This document shows positions 1 to 12,449 of a stretch of DNA of 64,000 bases, piece by piece. The DNA comes from Callorhinchus milii (taxonomy: Eukaryota). The DNA lies in the NCBI RefSeq assembly GCF_018977255.1, contig NW_024704742.1, positions 30,382,001 to 30,446,000 on the forward strand. Direction: 5' to 3'. A program made the position numbers and the translations under genes. Positions within the stretch are counted from its first letter, which is position 1. Each line of letters begins with the position of its first letter. The notes beneath the pieces are model-generated. The model had not been told where the DNA came from. It worked only from the letters and a program-made list of their open reading frames with translations, and did no database searches.

Positions 1-2317
1 GTCGATGGCTGGAACGAAGATGCAGTCATCACATGTACAGACTTTTGGGGGTAAAGAGAGAAGTTTAGTTAGGTTCAGAGAGAGACACCTGAAAGAGTTT
101 GCTAATACGCCATGGTTTCCCAGAGACAGTAAATGATCACTATCACAATCTCTGAATTATGTACTACTATATTATACTGTTTTAAAATAGAATTGCCGTT
201 ACTATACTTGACTGTACTATATTTAAGATTTTACTGAATGTTTGATTGCATTTATCCTCAGTGAAGAAACAATTTGATTGAAACCATTACTAAAGTGATT
301 ATTGTCTAGCAAAGTGTCCCTACAGCTCCCAGGACTTGCTATTGGCATGGACCATCTCCCTTCCGGCTTTTCCTGCCCCGATGCAACCCATCTCTTCCAA
401 CCGTACCTCTGTCTTTTTCGCAGCCTTGACCATCCATCCCAGCTCCACAATGCCTAATGGTCCTGGCCTACTCGTCCATGAGTGTTGCTCCGGGGTGTGT
501 GAGCGCAATTCCCTGGTCCCCACCGGCATGTCTGACCTCTGCTCTCTTTTTCCTGTTGCTTTTTTGCGCTTTGTCCCATGCTCATGAGGTTTACAAGTTT
601 CCCATGTGTGCGTCTTTTGTATTTTGCAATGTACAAGGCTGCAATTCACGCTGAAAACAGTAGTGACTGTGTATTTATAGGCAACCCCAGCGGCCAATTT
701 GCACACAGGAACATCCCATCAACAGCAATGAAGTAAATGACAACAACAATGTGCATTTATATAGCACCCTTCACGTGGGGCAGCATCTCGGAGTGCTTAA
801 CAGTGGCAGAGCCTGACGCCGCCGGCTGAGGGAGGGAGGATGTGACTGTAAGCATGGTCGAAGAGGAAGGTCTTCAGCATGATCTAAAAGAGAGAAAGGA
901 GTAGGGCAAGGCGGAGAGATTGGGGGAAGTGAGCTCCAAAGCTTGACCAATTTTGACCAGGACACTAGGAGTAACTTTCTTTTCGAATAGTGCCATGGGA
1001 TCTTTAATGTCCACCAGATCAGGCAGATGGAACATGGGTTTAACACTTCAACAGAGATAAAGAACCAACATGAAATGGTCATGAGCAGTGTCTGAGAAAA
1101 AGCAAGACATGGTCGGGGTTAACATGGGATTACAGCATGAAAGTGGTGAATAAATAATCCTTGCATTTGATATAGCGCTTTTCACATCTTCTAGACGTCC
1201 CAAAGTGCTTCACAGAATATACTGTAAAGGTAATTGACTGTATATTTGTGGGCAAACGCGGCAGCCAATACACACAAAACATTGTTAAGGAGAGCAAGAC
1301 GGCACTACCACTGATGGAGAAAGATCATTGGTTAATACATGTTCGGCATACACTAAGCAGTCACCATCTCTCCCGGAAGAAGGATTTGATCACTCTTGTA
1401 TCCTAGCTGAACAAGTAGCAGGAAAGTTTGCCACAGTGCTTTCAACGACAAGCTATGTGATTTCATACTCCAGCAGTATCCCAATGCACGCTGTTGCATC
1501 CCCAAGCCTTGGCTCTTTCCAAACTGCGCCTAATACTTTCCAGAATTAGGTAAGCAGGATGCATCCCTTCAGGAAGAGAGTGCACATTCCATTCCAACAA
1601 TCTATCTCTGGGATTTCCATGTATAGGTGGGATATATGGAACTTTCAGTTTGGTTTGGATACTCTTACTGAGTGGAAAGGCTAGCAAAATGTTTGCAAAT
1701 GCCTCTTGAAAGCTGGTTTAGCTATCCTACATTCTAGATCTCAGGTTAAGCGTGAGAAGAAAGCTAATGTGAAAGCCAACAGCAAGTTACCCCCTGAACT
1801 GGTGCTTTACAACACATTGGGGTAACATTTCTGGCATTTCAAACAAGGGTCAACATGAATTACCTTCCACGGGGTGGCAGTACCCTCACCTAGCAAAGGT
1901 ATTTGTTTCTTTTCCAATCTAGTGTCTGCTATTTTTTTAAATTTTGAAGCAATGACAGTTACTGTAAACAGTAAGCTCTGAAGACTGCTAAGTTGTCTCT
2001 TAAATATTTATTTTCTTGATCTTCCAGGGAGTGGGGCACTGTGATAATAGCTTACCAATGGTGGGGTGAAAGGGGCAGGGAACACTCAGCAGGCCAGAGA
2101 TTTCTGAGTGATGGGCTAGGAGAGAAGGCAAGGGAGGCTGGAGAGGCTCACAGAGGTAGGGAGGTGTGAAGGAAATTGTAGGTGACGGTTAGGATCTTGA
2201 AGTCAATCCACCGTGGAAATAAGGAAGCCAATACAAACATGGAGGTGATGGCCTTTTATGTGGGTAAGGATGCAAGTAGTAAAATTTCAAGAGAGTCGAG
2301 CAAGCATTTAAATAAAA

Positions 2318-2446
2318 TGAAACACAAAATACTGCAGATGCTGGAAATCTGAAAACAAAAACAGAAATCGCTGGGAACACTCAGCAGGTCAGGAAAAGAA
2401 TCTGCCTGACCTGCTGAGTGTTCCCAGCGACTTCTGTTTTTGTTTT
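2318..2446. mobile_element. Penelope terminal-repeat-derived palindrome (short)
   Basis: 42-bp inverted arms 2352-2393 and 2405-2446 matching the 3' end of the Penelope element at 41240-41283. Confidence 0.8.
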
Positions 2447-2469
2447 TAAATAAAATGAATTTGGTAGAA

Positions 2470-2854
2470 CAGTAAAACTCTCATAAGTCTTATCTTTATA
2501 AATCGTACAATCGCCTAAGTCATACATTCACCCGAGTCCCATTCAGTTTCCTATCAAAACCCCTTAGATTTCTTTACACTACTTGCTTTAATCACCTCCT
2601 AACTCATAAAACCGCTCCCCTACCCTCTGTTACTCCTGCACTTACCAGCCGACTACAATGAATCATAGGAAACATAGTCTTGACCCATCACCGTATGCGC
2701 ATTTACCGGCTGCATTGAATTACGCATGCAAAATGTAGATTATTGATTGAATCAGATTTTATCTGATTTATACAGTTTGCCTGCAACTCAAACTTCGCAT
2801 AAGTCACAATAAATATTATGGCCACGACTGATACGAATTATGTGAGTTTTACTG
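2470..2854. mobile_element. Tc1/mariner (pogo/Tigger-like) non-autonomous MITE
   Basis: ~25-bp terminal inverted repeats: left CAGTAAAACTCTCATAAGTCTTATC, right (rev-comp) CAGTAAAACTCACATAATTCGTATC. TA follows the right end; no coding capacity. Confidence 0.75.
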
Positions 2855-3289
2855 TAGTGACAGTAGTGGGGAAAAAGAAGTCCAAAACATGGTTAGTTTT
2901 GTAGCAGGTTGCTGTGTGGTAATAGCCTTGACTTCACTCCACGGCCGCTGCTGTCGGTCAGTATTAGTAACATTTACATATGAACATTTCCTACACTCAC
3001 AGGAACTTAATTCTTAGTCACTTCACCACCTCGCTGCCAACACGATGCACATGATTATGGCTTTACGCAGGTCTATTTGAAGACAGTAAATATGGGATAG
3101 ACAATAAATGTGTGATTCTGATCGTCATGTGGATATGAGGGCAGAAGCAACATTTCATTCTACAAGAAAAGCATTTCAAACATTTAATATTTATACACTT
3201 ATACATTTATACATTTATGTATAAAACACTTGCTTAAATCACTGGTACCTAACTGTTTGTAATAAATACACTCTTCTGGTGAGCAGGTG

Positions 3290-3790
3290 ATGGTCTATAG
3301 TGATAGAGGACAAATCACAGGATATTGTACTTAACTTGCAAAAGGCACTAATATGGTCTCACCTGGAGTGCTGTACAATTCTCATCACGACATTACAAAA
3401 GGACATCTTAAGATTGGAGAAACTATAGAAAAGGCCAACTGGATGGATAGCTGGAGTTGCGCAGTAGGGGTGAGTGGAAAAAACAGGTAAATGGGGCTTA
3501 ATGGATTGTACCGTGGGTGGCATGAGAAGCCGAATGGTTGTACATTTTTATGGTTCTACAGATACGAGTTATGAGGAAAGGTTACGGAAGCTGGGAATGT
3601 TCATGCTAAGAAACAGAACATAGGAACTGGTGTAGGCCATTCAGCCCCTCGACCCTGTTCTGCCATTCTACTGGGTCAGGGCTGATCTGTACCTCAACTC
3701 CAATTACCTACCCTTGCCCCGTATCACTTGATACTCTTACCTAACAAATATCTATCCACCTGAGTCTTGAAAATTTGAATGAATCCAGCA
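3290..3790. mobile_element. Degenerate CR1 fragments (ORF2 end on +, 3' UTR on -)
   Basis: Decayed HLE.CV / RLRKLGMF-like coding, then a reverse CR1 tail (ggccattcagcccctcga...). Confidence 0.6.
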
Positions 3791-4487
3791 TCTAAGAAGA
3801 CTCAGGCCAAGCTTATTGAAGACCCCCCGCGCCCACCCCCCAAAAAAAGGGTAAAACAACACTGAACCACTGATAAAGAAAACAAAAACTGTGGACACAG
3901 ACTGGAGCTCAGATGAGGGAAGGTGAACAGCCAACTCAGATTGCATTATTTTTATTATTTTTATTCAGAGACTAGTGAATATGTGGCATTGACTATCCAG
4001 GGAAGTAGTCACAGTAAATGACCAGCACATTCAGAAGGGAATGAATAGATATTTGGTGAATAAATTTATTCGAGGGGTAATGAGAAAAGGATTGTTTATT
4101 ATATTTCTTTTTTTTCAATTCTGGGTGAGATGGTCAGATTTTGCTCTCCTAAATCCTCTGTAAAAATGATCTTTTTCTGTAATTTTTTCTTTTTTAAGTA
4201 CCTATCCAATTCCCTTTTGAAAGCTACTATTAAATTGACTTACACCACCATTTTCTGGGAGTGCTTTCAAGATAGTAAAACAAATTCTCCTTGCCTCCCC
4301 TCTGGTTTTCTTGCCAATTATTTTTAATCTGTGTCCTCTGGTTACCAACCCAGTTGCCAGAGGAAACACTTTCTCCTCTCTCTATTGAGACCCCTCATAA
4401 GTTTGGATATTTTCCTTCAAAGCAACTCCGAAGCATAGATCAACTTTGACTGATCGAGGGCTGCAGTAACTTTTAGGTGCCAAAGTT

Positions 4488-4513
4488 TTTATTTAATTAC
4501 AAAACAGTTTATT
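4488..4513 (-). terminator. Candidate polyadenylation signals of INPP4B alpha 3' UTR
   Basis: Minus-strand AATAAA at 4508-4513 and 4488-4493, plus ATTAAA at 4492-4497, ending a ~1.3-kb AT-rich, repeat-poor stretch after the alpha stop. Confidence 0.5.
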
Positions 4514-5804
4514 ATAAGAATATCACAAATTAAGAAATGTCCTACTCTGTACAATTATCAACCTCTACTTTATAATACTCAGCATTATAAATTTACAGCA
4601 CTTCTTTTTTACACACACAGCTGCCATATTACAATAGAAAGACATGGGTTTTTTAAAAGCTGAAGAGCTGTTTTTGGTATTTAAAACATTATTCTCTACT
4701 TGTCACAAAAACAAAGCCTTTGGAGTTCAAATGGCCCTTTTATTTATTGAGTGGGGTCTTATTTTTGAGGCGATATTAATAGAATCCAAGGTCTCTCCGT
4801 TGATTAATTGGGCCGTGGTCTTGGAACAACGAGAGTATTGATGTGAATCTTGCAAGTCCCACTGAACCCTTCAATGACTTTGAGGTCAATTGAAAACAAT
4901 TACTCGGGGACAAGCAGCCCTGAACTGATACCAAGGAGCTACGTCAGACAAAGCCAGGCAAGTCAGCAGTAATCCAGCTCACTGCTGATGTCAGCCAGTA
5001 TGGCCCCAACAACAAATTTACATTTGGAGCCAAAGCCCTAATGATAGGGTTGTCCAAACTGGACAAGTACTGCATTGTAGGGTTACCATTTATCTCTCCA
5101 ACAGACTCTTTCCGCAGCTACTGCTGTTAAGCCACCACATTGTCACTCAGCTGACAGGATGTGGATTTCAAAGAGCGATATGGATATGGTCAATCTCCCA
5201 ATATGCATATCAATATCAGCCACTTTTTCTACTTTTACACAGCCTCAAAGTTCAAGTCAGTTTCTTATAAACTGACTCACTTCAGTTTGTTTACAAGATT
5301 ATTCTCAATTAGTGACTAAACACCAACCATGGTATTAAATGTTTAAGCGATGCCGTGTTCTCTTCAAACCTCGCATTGCTTATATTAAGTGAAGTGTACG
5401 TAAATATAAACTGGCACAATTGCAAATGGCATGCATCTTGGTGTAAAAGTTATGCGTTTTCTAAGCAGAAATAAACATTTTACTGCTAATACTTTTCCAG
5501 TGGTAGCAGTGATCAACGATATGTTCTAGTTTATCTCACCCCCACCAATCGCCGTTCCCCACACAAACTAACACATGCAAGCACACACACATACTCAAAC
5601 AAGTGATGTATACACATTGGAGCATAAACAAGGCAGATTCTAATGGCAAGTTGTCAAAAAAAAACCTTCTCTATTGGGGTCCATTGCTCCCTGACCAGAC
5701 GAATGGTCTCAGTCGGGAAAATAGTTGTTACTCACTCGTTCTATTTGAAACTAATTTTAAAACCTTATTAATAATTGGTACTCTCTCAATTTCCAACATT
5801 AAGC

Positions 5805-5937
5805 TTAAGTGTCCACTTTTCCATATGTCCCATCGGGAGGCCTGTAGTATTTTGGGAATGCCATCAGCTGGATGGTGTTGAATGCATACTTCCTGCATTT
5901 GACATTCTTCTGTGCATTTTCTATTCGACATCCTTCT
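5805..5937 (-). CDS. INPP4B: INPP4B alternative terminal exon, alpha isoform
   Basis: Long pyrimidine tract and ccag| acceptor; [48 protein letters not shown] (TAA at 5805-5807). Confidence 0.96.
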
Positions 5938-7454
5938 CTGGTAAAAAGGAAGAGAGAGAAAAAAAGTACACCTCATAATACCACCACAAAAGGAAAAGAA
6001 AAAAGTTTCATTTATTAAACATTTGCCATAACATTTCTTTTTATTTCGGTAAAAATAACTAGGCAATCCTCTACATTTCTTTAACACAAGTGATGATACA
6101 TCTTACACAAGTCAATCCTTAGGCCAGGCCGAATTAATTTGATTGTTCGTTGAAGCTAAAAATGTGATTCTCTCTTTAAAAAATAAAACGTGCATCCTTT
6201 AGCTGACTCAGACGTGAAAAGGAGAATTGCACTAAGACAAAGGGAATGTTATAACAGTGTTAGCAATTGATTGCTTTTGACCACATTTTTATCTAATAGT
6301 ACAAATTTGCCCCCTGCCACAAACATGTGTTAAAACTATTCCATCCTTTGGAAAACTTTAGATTGTAGTGTTATGCTGCTGTGAGGAAATTTTAGTTCTA
6401 TTCTTTTCTCTCATCATTTGACTGTGATGTGTTCATCTTTGATGTGTGTGCATGTGTGTGTGTGCGTGTGTGAAGAATTTAGCTTAGTTTTGTTCTCAAT
6501 TCCTGATAGCACTGGAGCCTCTGAGAATTTATATTCACTCCCAAGAAAGTCATTCAAGTCAGATAAAATCAAGAGGAGAAAGAAAAGGTGGATTTCGGGA
6601 GGACAATGCTCCACTGAACAGATTTTTAAAGCTGCTATTTTCGTAAAATAACTTTCTCCTAATAAATTGTCCATTGCTTCCACTGATCCACATCTGTCCA
6701 GATCAGGGAAGACTGCCAAGAACAAAGTGTACATTAGAGGAGCTGGGGTCAGCAGAAATTAGAATGATTTACAGTGGACCTGAATTAGCAAAGCTGGTTA
6801 AACCAGACTTCCGGTTTGACAACAGCACAAGTTGTTTGATTTACAATATTGTCAAAACGCACAATTTCATTAATTGTCACTTGTAAATTTGGAGTAATAT
6901 TGGTCATTCACTTCATGGCTGTTGGTGAACATTGGAGTGGACATTGGTGCATGCAAATTGGCTGCTGTATTTGCCTAAAAAGTACAGAGTCACATAAACA
7001 TTCAGTAAATCCTGCAAAGTGCTTTGAGACGTCCTTCTGACGTGAAAGTCGCAATATCAAATGCAAGGATTATTATTTTATTGTGGTTGCAGACACAGTC
7101 AGATTTGACAGCTTCAGATAAACAGCAAATTGTGAAACCCAAATCCTGGGACAGTACAGCAGAGAGTGGATTGCTAACTGCATGATCTTCAAGGCAAGTT
7201 TGTTTATAATGCTTTAAATTGAGCCAGATAAATCCATTAACTTGCCCCCCCATACACACACAAACACACGCACACAATAATGAACCATGCAAACTTCCAT
7301 CTCACGTTCACTTTTAACACTAAGTACTTTTTTTCTTTTCAAGGAACAATTTTTTCAATCGGGTCTGCCCTGGGTAGATTTTTGACTAAAAATATAGCAT
7401 GATTTTATACTTTTCACTTTTTTTCTTAAAAAAACAATTTTTTAAACCATTTTT

Positions 7455-7484
7455 ATGAAAAAAACACAAGTATTGTTTTTTAAT
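7455..7484 (-). terminator. Candidate polyadenylation signal for beta exon
   Basis: Minus-strand ATTAAA at 7479-7484 followed by a TTGTGTTTTTTT GU/U-rich element about 10-20 nt downstream. Confidence 0.4.
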
Positions 7485-7791
7485 ATATAATTAGCTTCCC
7501 GATCATTAGAAATAATCGAATTGGAGTTTCACGTAAAACGTTCCAAAATAAGTCATAATAATAACATGATTCACAACTGTGCTCAGAAGCAACAAAGTGC
7601 TACAAAATTAATAAGCAATGAAATTATTAATGTAAAAAGCAGCTCGAAACTGTAGTTTTGCTTTTAAAAAAACAAGAGTACAATAACATCAGACTACAAA
7701 CAAGTTATTTTTTGTTACAAATCAAGTTATATATATCTACATGAATACATTTGTAGGATGTTAGTTACAAAAGGACGGAAACAAGTGCATC

Positions 7792-7960
7792 TCATTGATA
7801 TTTGGCTAAGAGCAAAGCAAGACTTAAAATCAGCCACACGACCAGCAAGTGTGAGCTGACAAGCAGCAAGGCGACAGGGTAGAAGTGACTTGAAGTCGGT
7901 CTGTTATCAGAGTCTGCCTCAGGTTCATCCGTATCATTCATTGGTCCCTGGGCAGAACTG
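7792..7960 (-). CDS. INPP4B: INPP4B alternative terminal exon, beta isoform (hydrophobic C-terminus)
   Basis: In phase with the catalytic exon: [60 protein letters not shown] (TGA at 7792-7794). Matches my recollection of the mammalian INPP4B-beta tail. Confidence 0.9.
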
Positions 7961-9364
7961 CTGTTAGTCAGCGGGTAAGATCAGTAACACATTGCACAGA
8001 GTGAAAAAAAAGCAAGAAAACAATGTTACTTTCAGATTGTTCGAAATAACTCGGAAAAGGTCAAATACATTGCAGGAAAGCCAGGCCATCAGTCACATGC
8101 ACTTCACAGGCAGAAACATGATTGCTTGAAAAAGGGAATGAAGGCGGCGAAGGGAAATGGGTCTGGAGTCATGAAAGAGTGTCAGGATGGAAAAATGAAA
8201 AGAGCTTCTGTGTAAAATAAAAGGGATCCTGTAATGAGGACGTCTGCTCACTGTATAAAACAGCAGTCAAAGAGGTTAAGTGAGAGCAATGTAAGGTGGC
8301 ATTTACAATAGAATTTTTCGCACAGTTTCAAGGTGCATTCTTCATAACTTTAAGAATATTTTCCCGCAAGGGCACCCCGCAAGAATATTTTCACAGCTAC
8401 GTCTGATAACATTACTTTGCAAACAGTTCAATGTTTTGTAATTTTTCCAATATCATGATGTCGACGTATTAACGAAAGCATCTCTAAGTAACTGGGGACA
8501 CATTATAACATTTGACCTTTCTTTGAAAGAAAGCCAAGCCTTAGTGGAAAATCCCACTTTGTTCTAGAGGGAGCGAGATCATTAACTTAACTTAAATCAT
8601 TAATAAACAATTCATCTTGGGCATCTATCTGACCAGATTGTCAACATCAGGGTTCAAAAAATTATGTTTTCGTAGGGGGGGGTGGGGTGCCACCTATCCC
8701 AAAAATTCTTAGAGGAATTCCCCCCCACCCTCCTACAATTTGGTCATAGGTTGCTTGGAAAGGAGAAATGGGGGCATTGAGTGGTCAGGAATTTAGAATA
8801 GAATACAATTACTAACAGGCTTTGTTGCTCCCTCCTTCCCCCACAAAAAAGGTCTCAATCATTCTTGAGGTAAAGGAAGAGGTGGATTACGTTTTAAAGG
8901 ATTACCTTTTCTTTTCATGTTAAAACTGGTAAAAAAATATTTTTGGCGCTCACCAAAGAGATCTGTTTCTAGGTTTAATTTGAGCAACACTAACTAGAGT
9001 TTTCCAGCTTAGAAGGTTTCTTCCTGAGACTGATAGAGAGATTTTAGTTGGATGAAGCTCTTGAAGACTTTGGCAGATTGACTTAGAATGAGGCAGATTT
9101 GCACCAGACTCTACAGAGATTCAGGGAGATTTGATAGAAGGACAAACCTCGAGACAGACAACGCTCCTCTATAGCAGTTTTGCAATGAGAGGAAATAAAG
9201 TTTGGAGTCTTTCAAAGAACTTTGTTATACAAAAACAAAAGACTAGAAACTCTGTTACCAAATGTTTAGCTATCTGTCAACTGATAAAGAAGAGTGACAG
9301 GAAAGCCCGATATAAAGAAACACTCCAAGAAACAAGTGACAGATGACCCAAGATAGCAAGCCAC

Positions 9365-9680
9365 TAACTGGTCAGTGAGTCTAAAACAAGAGGGCATAAA
9401 TATAAGAAAGATAGTAATAGATCAAATATGGAATTTAGTAGGAACTTCTTCACGCAGAGGATATTGAGAAGGTGGAACTCACTGCCAGAGCTGTGGCTTA
9501 AACGAAAAGCATCAATGTATCAAAAGGAAACTGATACATACATGGGAGAAAAGGAAATAGAGGGGTATAGGTGAAGGGAATAGAGGGGTACAGGTGAGGA
9601 GGGTTGGGGGCTCATGTGGAGTATAAACACCAGCACAGACTAGTGGGGCTGAATGGCCTGTTTGAATGCCATATCGCTCT
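9365..9680 (+). mobile_element. CR1 3' fragment
   Basis: TRGHKYK...RNFFTQR...WNSLP coding remnant and gggctgaatggcctgtt tail. Confidence 0.7.
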
Positions 9681-9689
9681 GTGACACCC

Positions 9690-10310
9690 AACTCTATCTC
9701 TCTGTCTCTGCCTCTATCCTCGATTCCAGGACCATTTCCATCCTGACTGATTGCTGATTGGACATCAAGTCTGGATGAGAGTTAACTTTCTCCAGTTGAA
9801 TGTCGACAAACAGATGCTCTACTGCTTGGACTTCAGGGGCTGACAGTATCACTATACATGGATGGACTCTCCACCTCACCAAGCCAGTATGGAGTCTTGT
9901 TCAACTCGCAACTGTCCTTTAAACCTCACATCCATGTCTCAACCCAATCACCTTTCCCCCACCTCTGCAACATTGCCCGCCTACACCTTTACCTCTCCCC
10001 TCAGGCCGCCGAGACACTTATCCAAGCTTTTACCACATCCAGGCTTGATTACATTAACTATATGTTCACTGGACATCCCAACTCCTTTCACAGGGTGCAG
10101 ACTATTCAGAACTCTGCAGCTCTGTCCTCTACCGCACCAGGCTCTGTGACCCGATCACCCCTATCTTCGCCCGATTTCACTGGCTCCCCATCTTCCAGAG
10201 GATCAAATTCAAGATCCTCATCCTTACTTTTAAAGCCCTTCACGATGTTGCCCCTCCTTACTTGTGTGATCTCCTAAAAACTTAACCAACCCGCCCACTC
10301 CTTCCGCTTA
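9690..10310 (+). mobile_element. Degenerate L2 fragment
   Basis: HLCNIARL..YLSPQAAETLIQAF.TSRLDY similarity to the L2 at 21 kb. Confidence 0.8.
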
Positions 10311-10797
10311 GGCAAGGTGGGGGATATGCTTTATGAGACCATGCAATCAATAACCAAGAAAACCCAACTAACTATAATAAAAAGAAACAGTTTTTTTTAA
10401 AAAGGGACAGGGATTAGGAATGACAACAGTAGAAATAAGTACCAGGTTTGTTTGTGCAAATGAATTAACAAAATATTAAATGTGAACCAGGAATATAATG
10501 TAGAATTTTAGAATCACTAAATTGCTATCAACTCCTAGATATTTGAAACACCTCCATAAGCCATTTAACCACATTCTGGGAATTCATCATCCTCTAGCAC
10601 ACAAAAAGGAGATGTTTTCATTATATTAAATAGCTTCTACTTTATACTTCTATATCCAGAATATTGTCCAGTACAGAACCATTATTTTTCTTGCTTTTTG
10701 GGATAGAACTAAAATCTTCTTACAAAACTAAATTAAGACATTTGGAGCGCCTAACATTATCAGTGATTCAATCTATTACTCCACTCACTTCAGGTTA

Positions 10798-11058
10798 GTT
10801 TTTTGGTCAGCTGGGTGTCTGACACATACAGAAACCCATCACTATGCTGAAGAGTACCCAACCCAAACAGAGTTCCATACGTCCTGCCTACACATGGAAA
10901 TCCCAAAGATAGAGTGTTGGAATGGAAAGCACACTCTTCCTCTGGAGGGGTGTATCCTGCTATCCTAATTCAGGAAAGTAATAGGCGCAGGGTGGCAAGA
11001 GCCAAGGCTTAGGGACCCCAGAGTGTGCGTTAGGGTACTGCTGGAGTCTAACCAGCTA
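10798..11058 (-). repeat. Unclassified dispersed repeat (one of six copies)
   Basis: Homologous to about 1403-1670 (+), 30468-30620 plus 31152-31205 (-), 31848-32440 (+), 52905-52980 (+) and 53103-53545 (+); shared core ccttggctcttgcca...ttccagaattagg...gagtgtgc.ttccattcc. Confidence 0.75.
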
Positions 11059-12449
11059 AGTAATGTGGATGAAGAAGGTGCTGTATCATATGTGAAGATG
11101 ATCAACATCACTATAAAAGCTCAGTGAACATCCACAGCCAGAGAATCAAAGACTTTGAAAGTAGAGTCGAGCAACAGGCACAACCAGTTCTTGTACTTTG
11201 CACAGTGTACCAGAATCTGACTGAACTGGAAACACGGGGCATTACAGAACCAGTTGAATTTAATCAGGGTAACACAACATAAACATGCCACACAATAATA
11301 ATCCTTGCATTTGATATAGCGCCTTATCATGTCATTGAGATGCCTCAAGGTGCTTCACAGGATATACTGTAAACTGGATTGTCCATGTTACCCTGCGTGC
11401 TGGGAGCTATATAAGTGCAGGTTGTTGTTACTCTGATACATCAACAAAGTGGGCTTTGTTCATGTGATGAGTGATTCTTTCAGAGTGCCAGCAGTCTATA
11501 CACTCTCAAGGGCACATCATAGGAGAGCCCAATTTTATCACCGCTTGGCATCCATGGACAGTCACTTTACAGCAGGCTTCAGCAGATGGGGGTCAGGAGA
11601 ATGAAACCAACTGATTGTAGTGCCTGAGATCAGCTACAGACCAGGAATGAACCCTCAGATCATCTTTGTTTCAATGGTTAAATACCTCACCACCTAATGC
11701 AATTCACTCCCCAAGCCAGCAGGAGAGACCCCATGAGATGGCTCTGTGCAGTCTGGGTTTATTTACTGAGAGTGTTGCACAGAGCCATTGATGGGTGACA
11801 GCTCACTCTATGGTCGACATATATCAAGTCTGCATTGAGCGTTAATGAGCATTACGCTAGTACATCAGTGGTATAAACTAATGAAATTGGCATTTAGTGT
11901 AGCAGTATATTACATCAAAACAGCTTACTGAGGTTCACACAATGGGTCAAAAAAATGCCATGATTTGTACCAGATTCAATCACATTGAATATGTTAAAAA
12001 ACCTAGTATTCGTTATTCCAATGAATTGCTTGACGTTATTCCAATGAATTGCAAATGGACCAGTTAATCAGCAGCAGCAACATCCCACAAACAGCAATGA
12101 GATGAATGACCAATGACCTTAATTTTTTGTGTGAGTTGGGGTATGGGAGGAAGATTGGCCAGGGCACCGAGAGAATCTCCTGCACTTTCTTGTCATATTG
12201 CTTTAGATCTTTAATCGTCTCTTTGTCCGAATCATCACAAGAGGCCAAGAGAACCTGGTTTAATGTCTTACCCAAAGAATTGGAGCTCTAACAATGCAGC
12301 TCTCCTTCAGTGTTGTATTGGAGTGTCAGCTTGCTTTGGAGCTCAAGTTCTGTTGTGAAACTCAAATTTTCTGCTCAAACTTACTAACCATAAGAATATC
12401 ACATTTTAGTCATCCGTATCCTCAGTGGGTTTTACTGTGATTAATTATA

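Noticed and set aside
5728..6087. 119-aa ORF on the minus strand
   Set aside because: Wrong-frame overlap of the real alpha exon (5805-5937).
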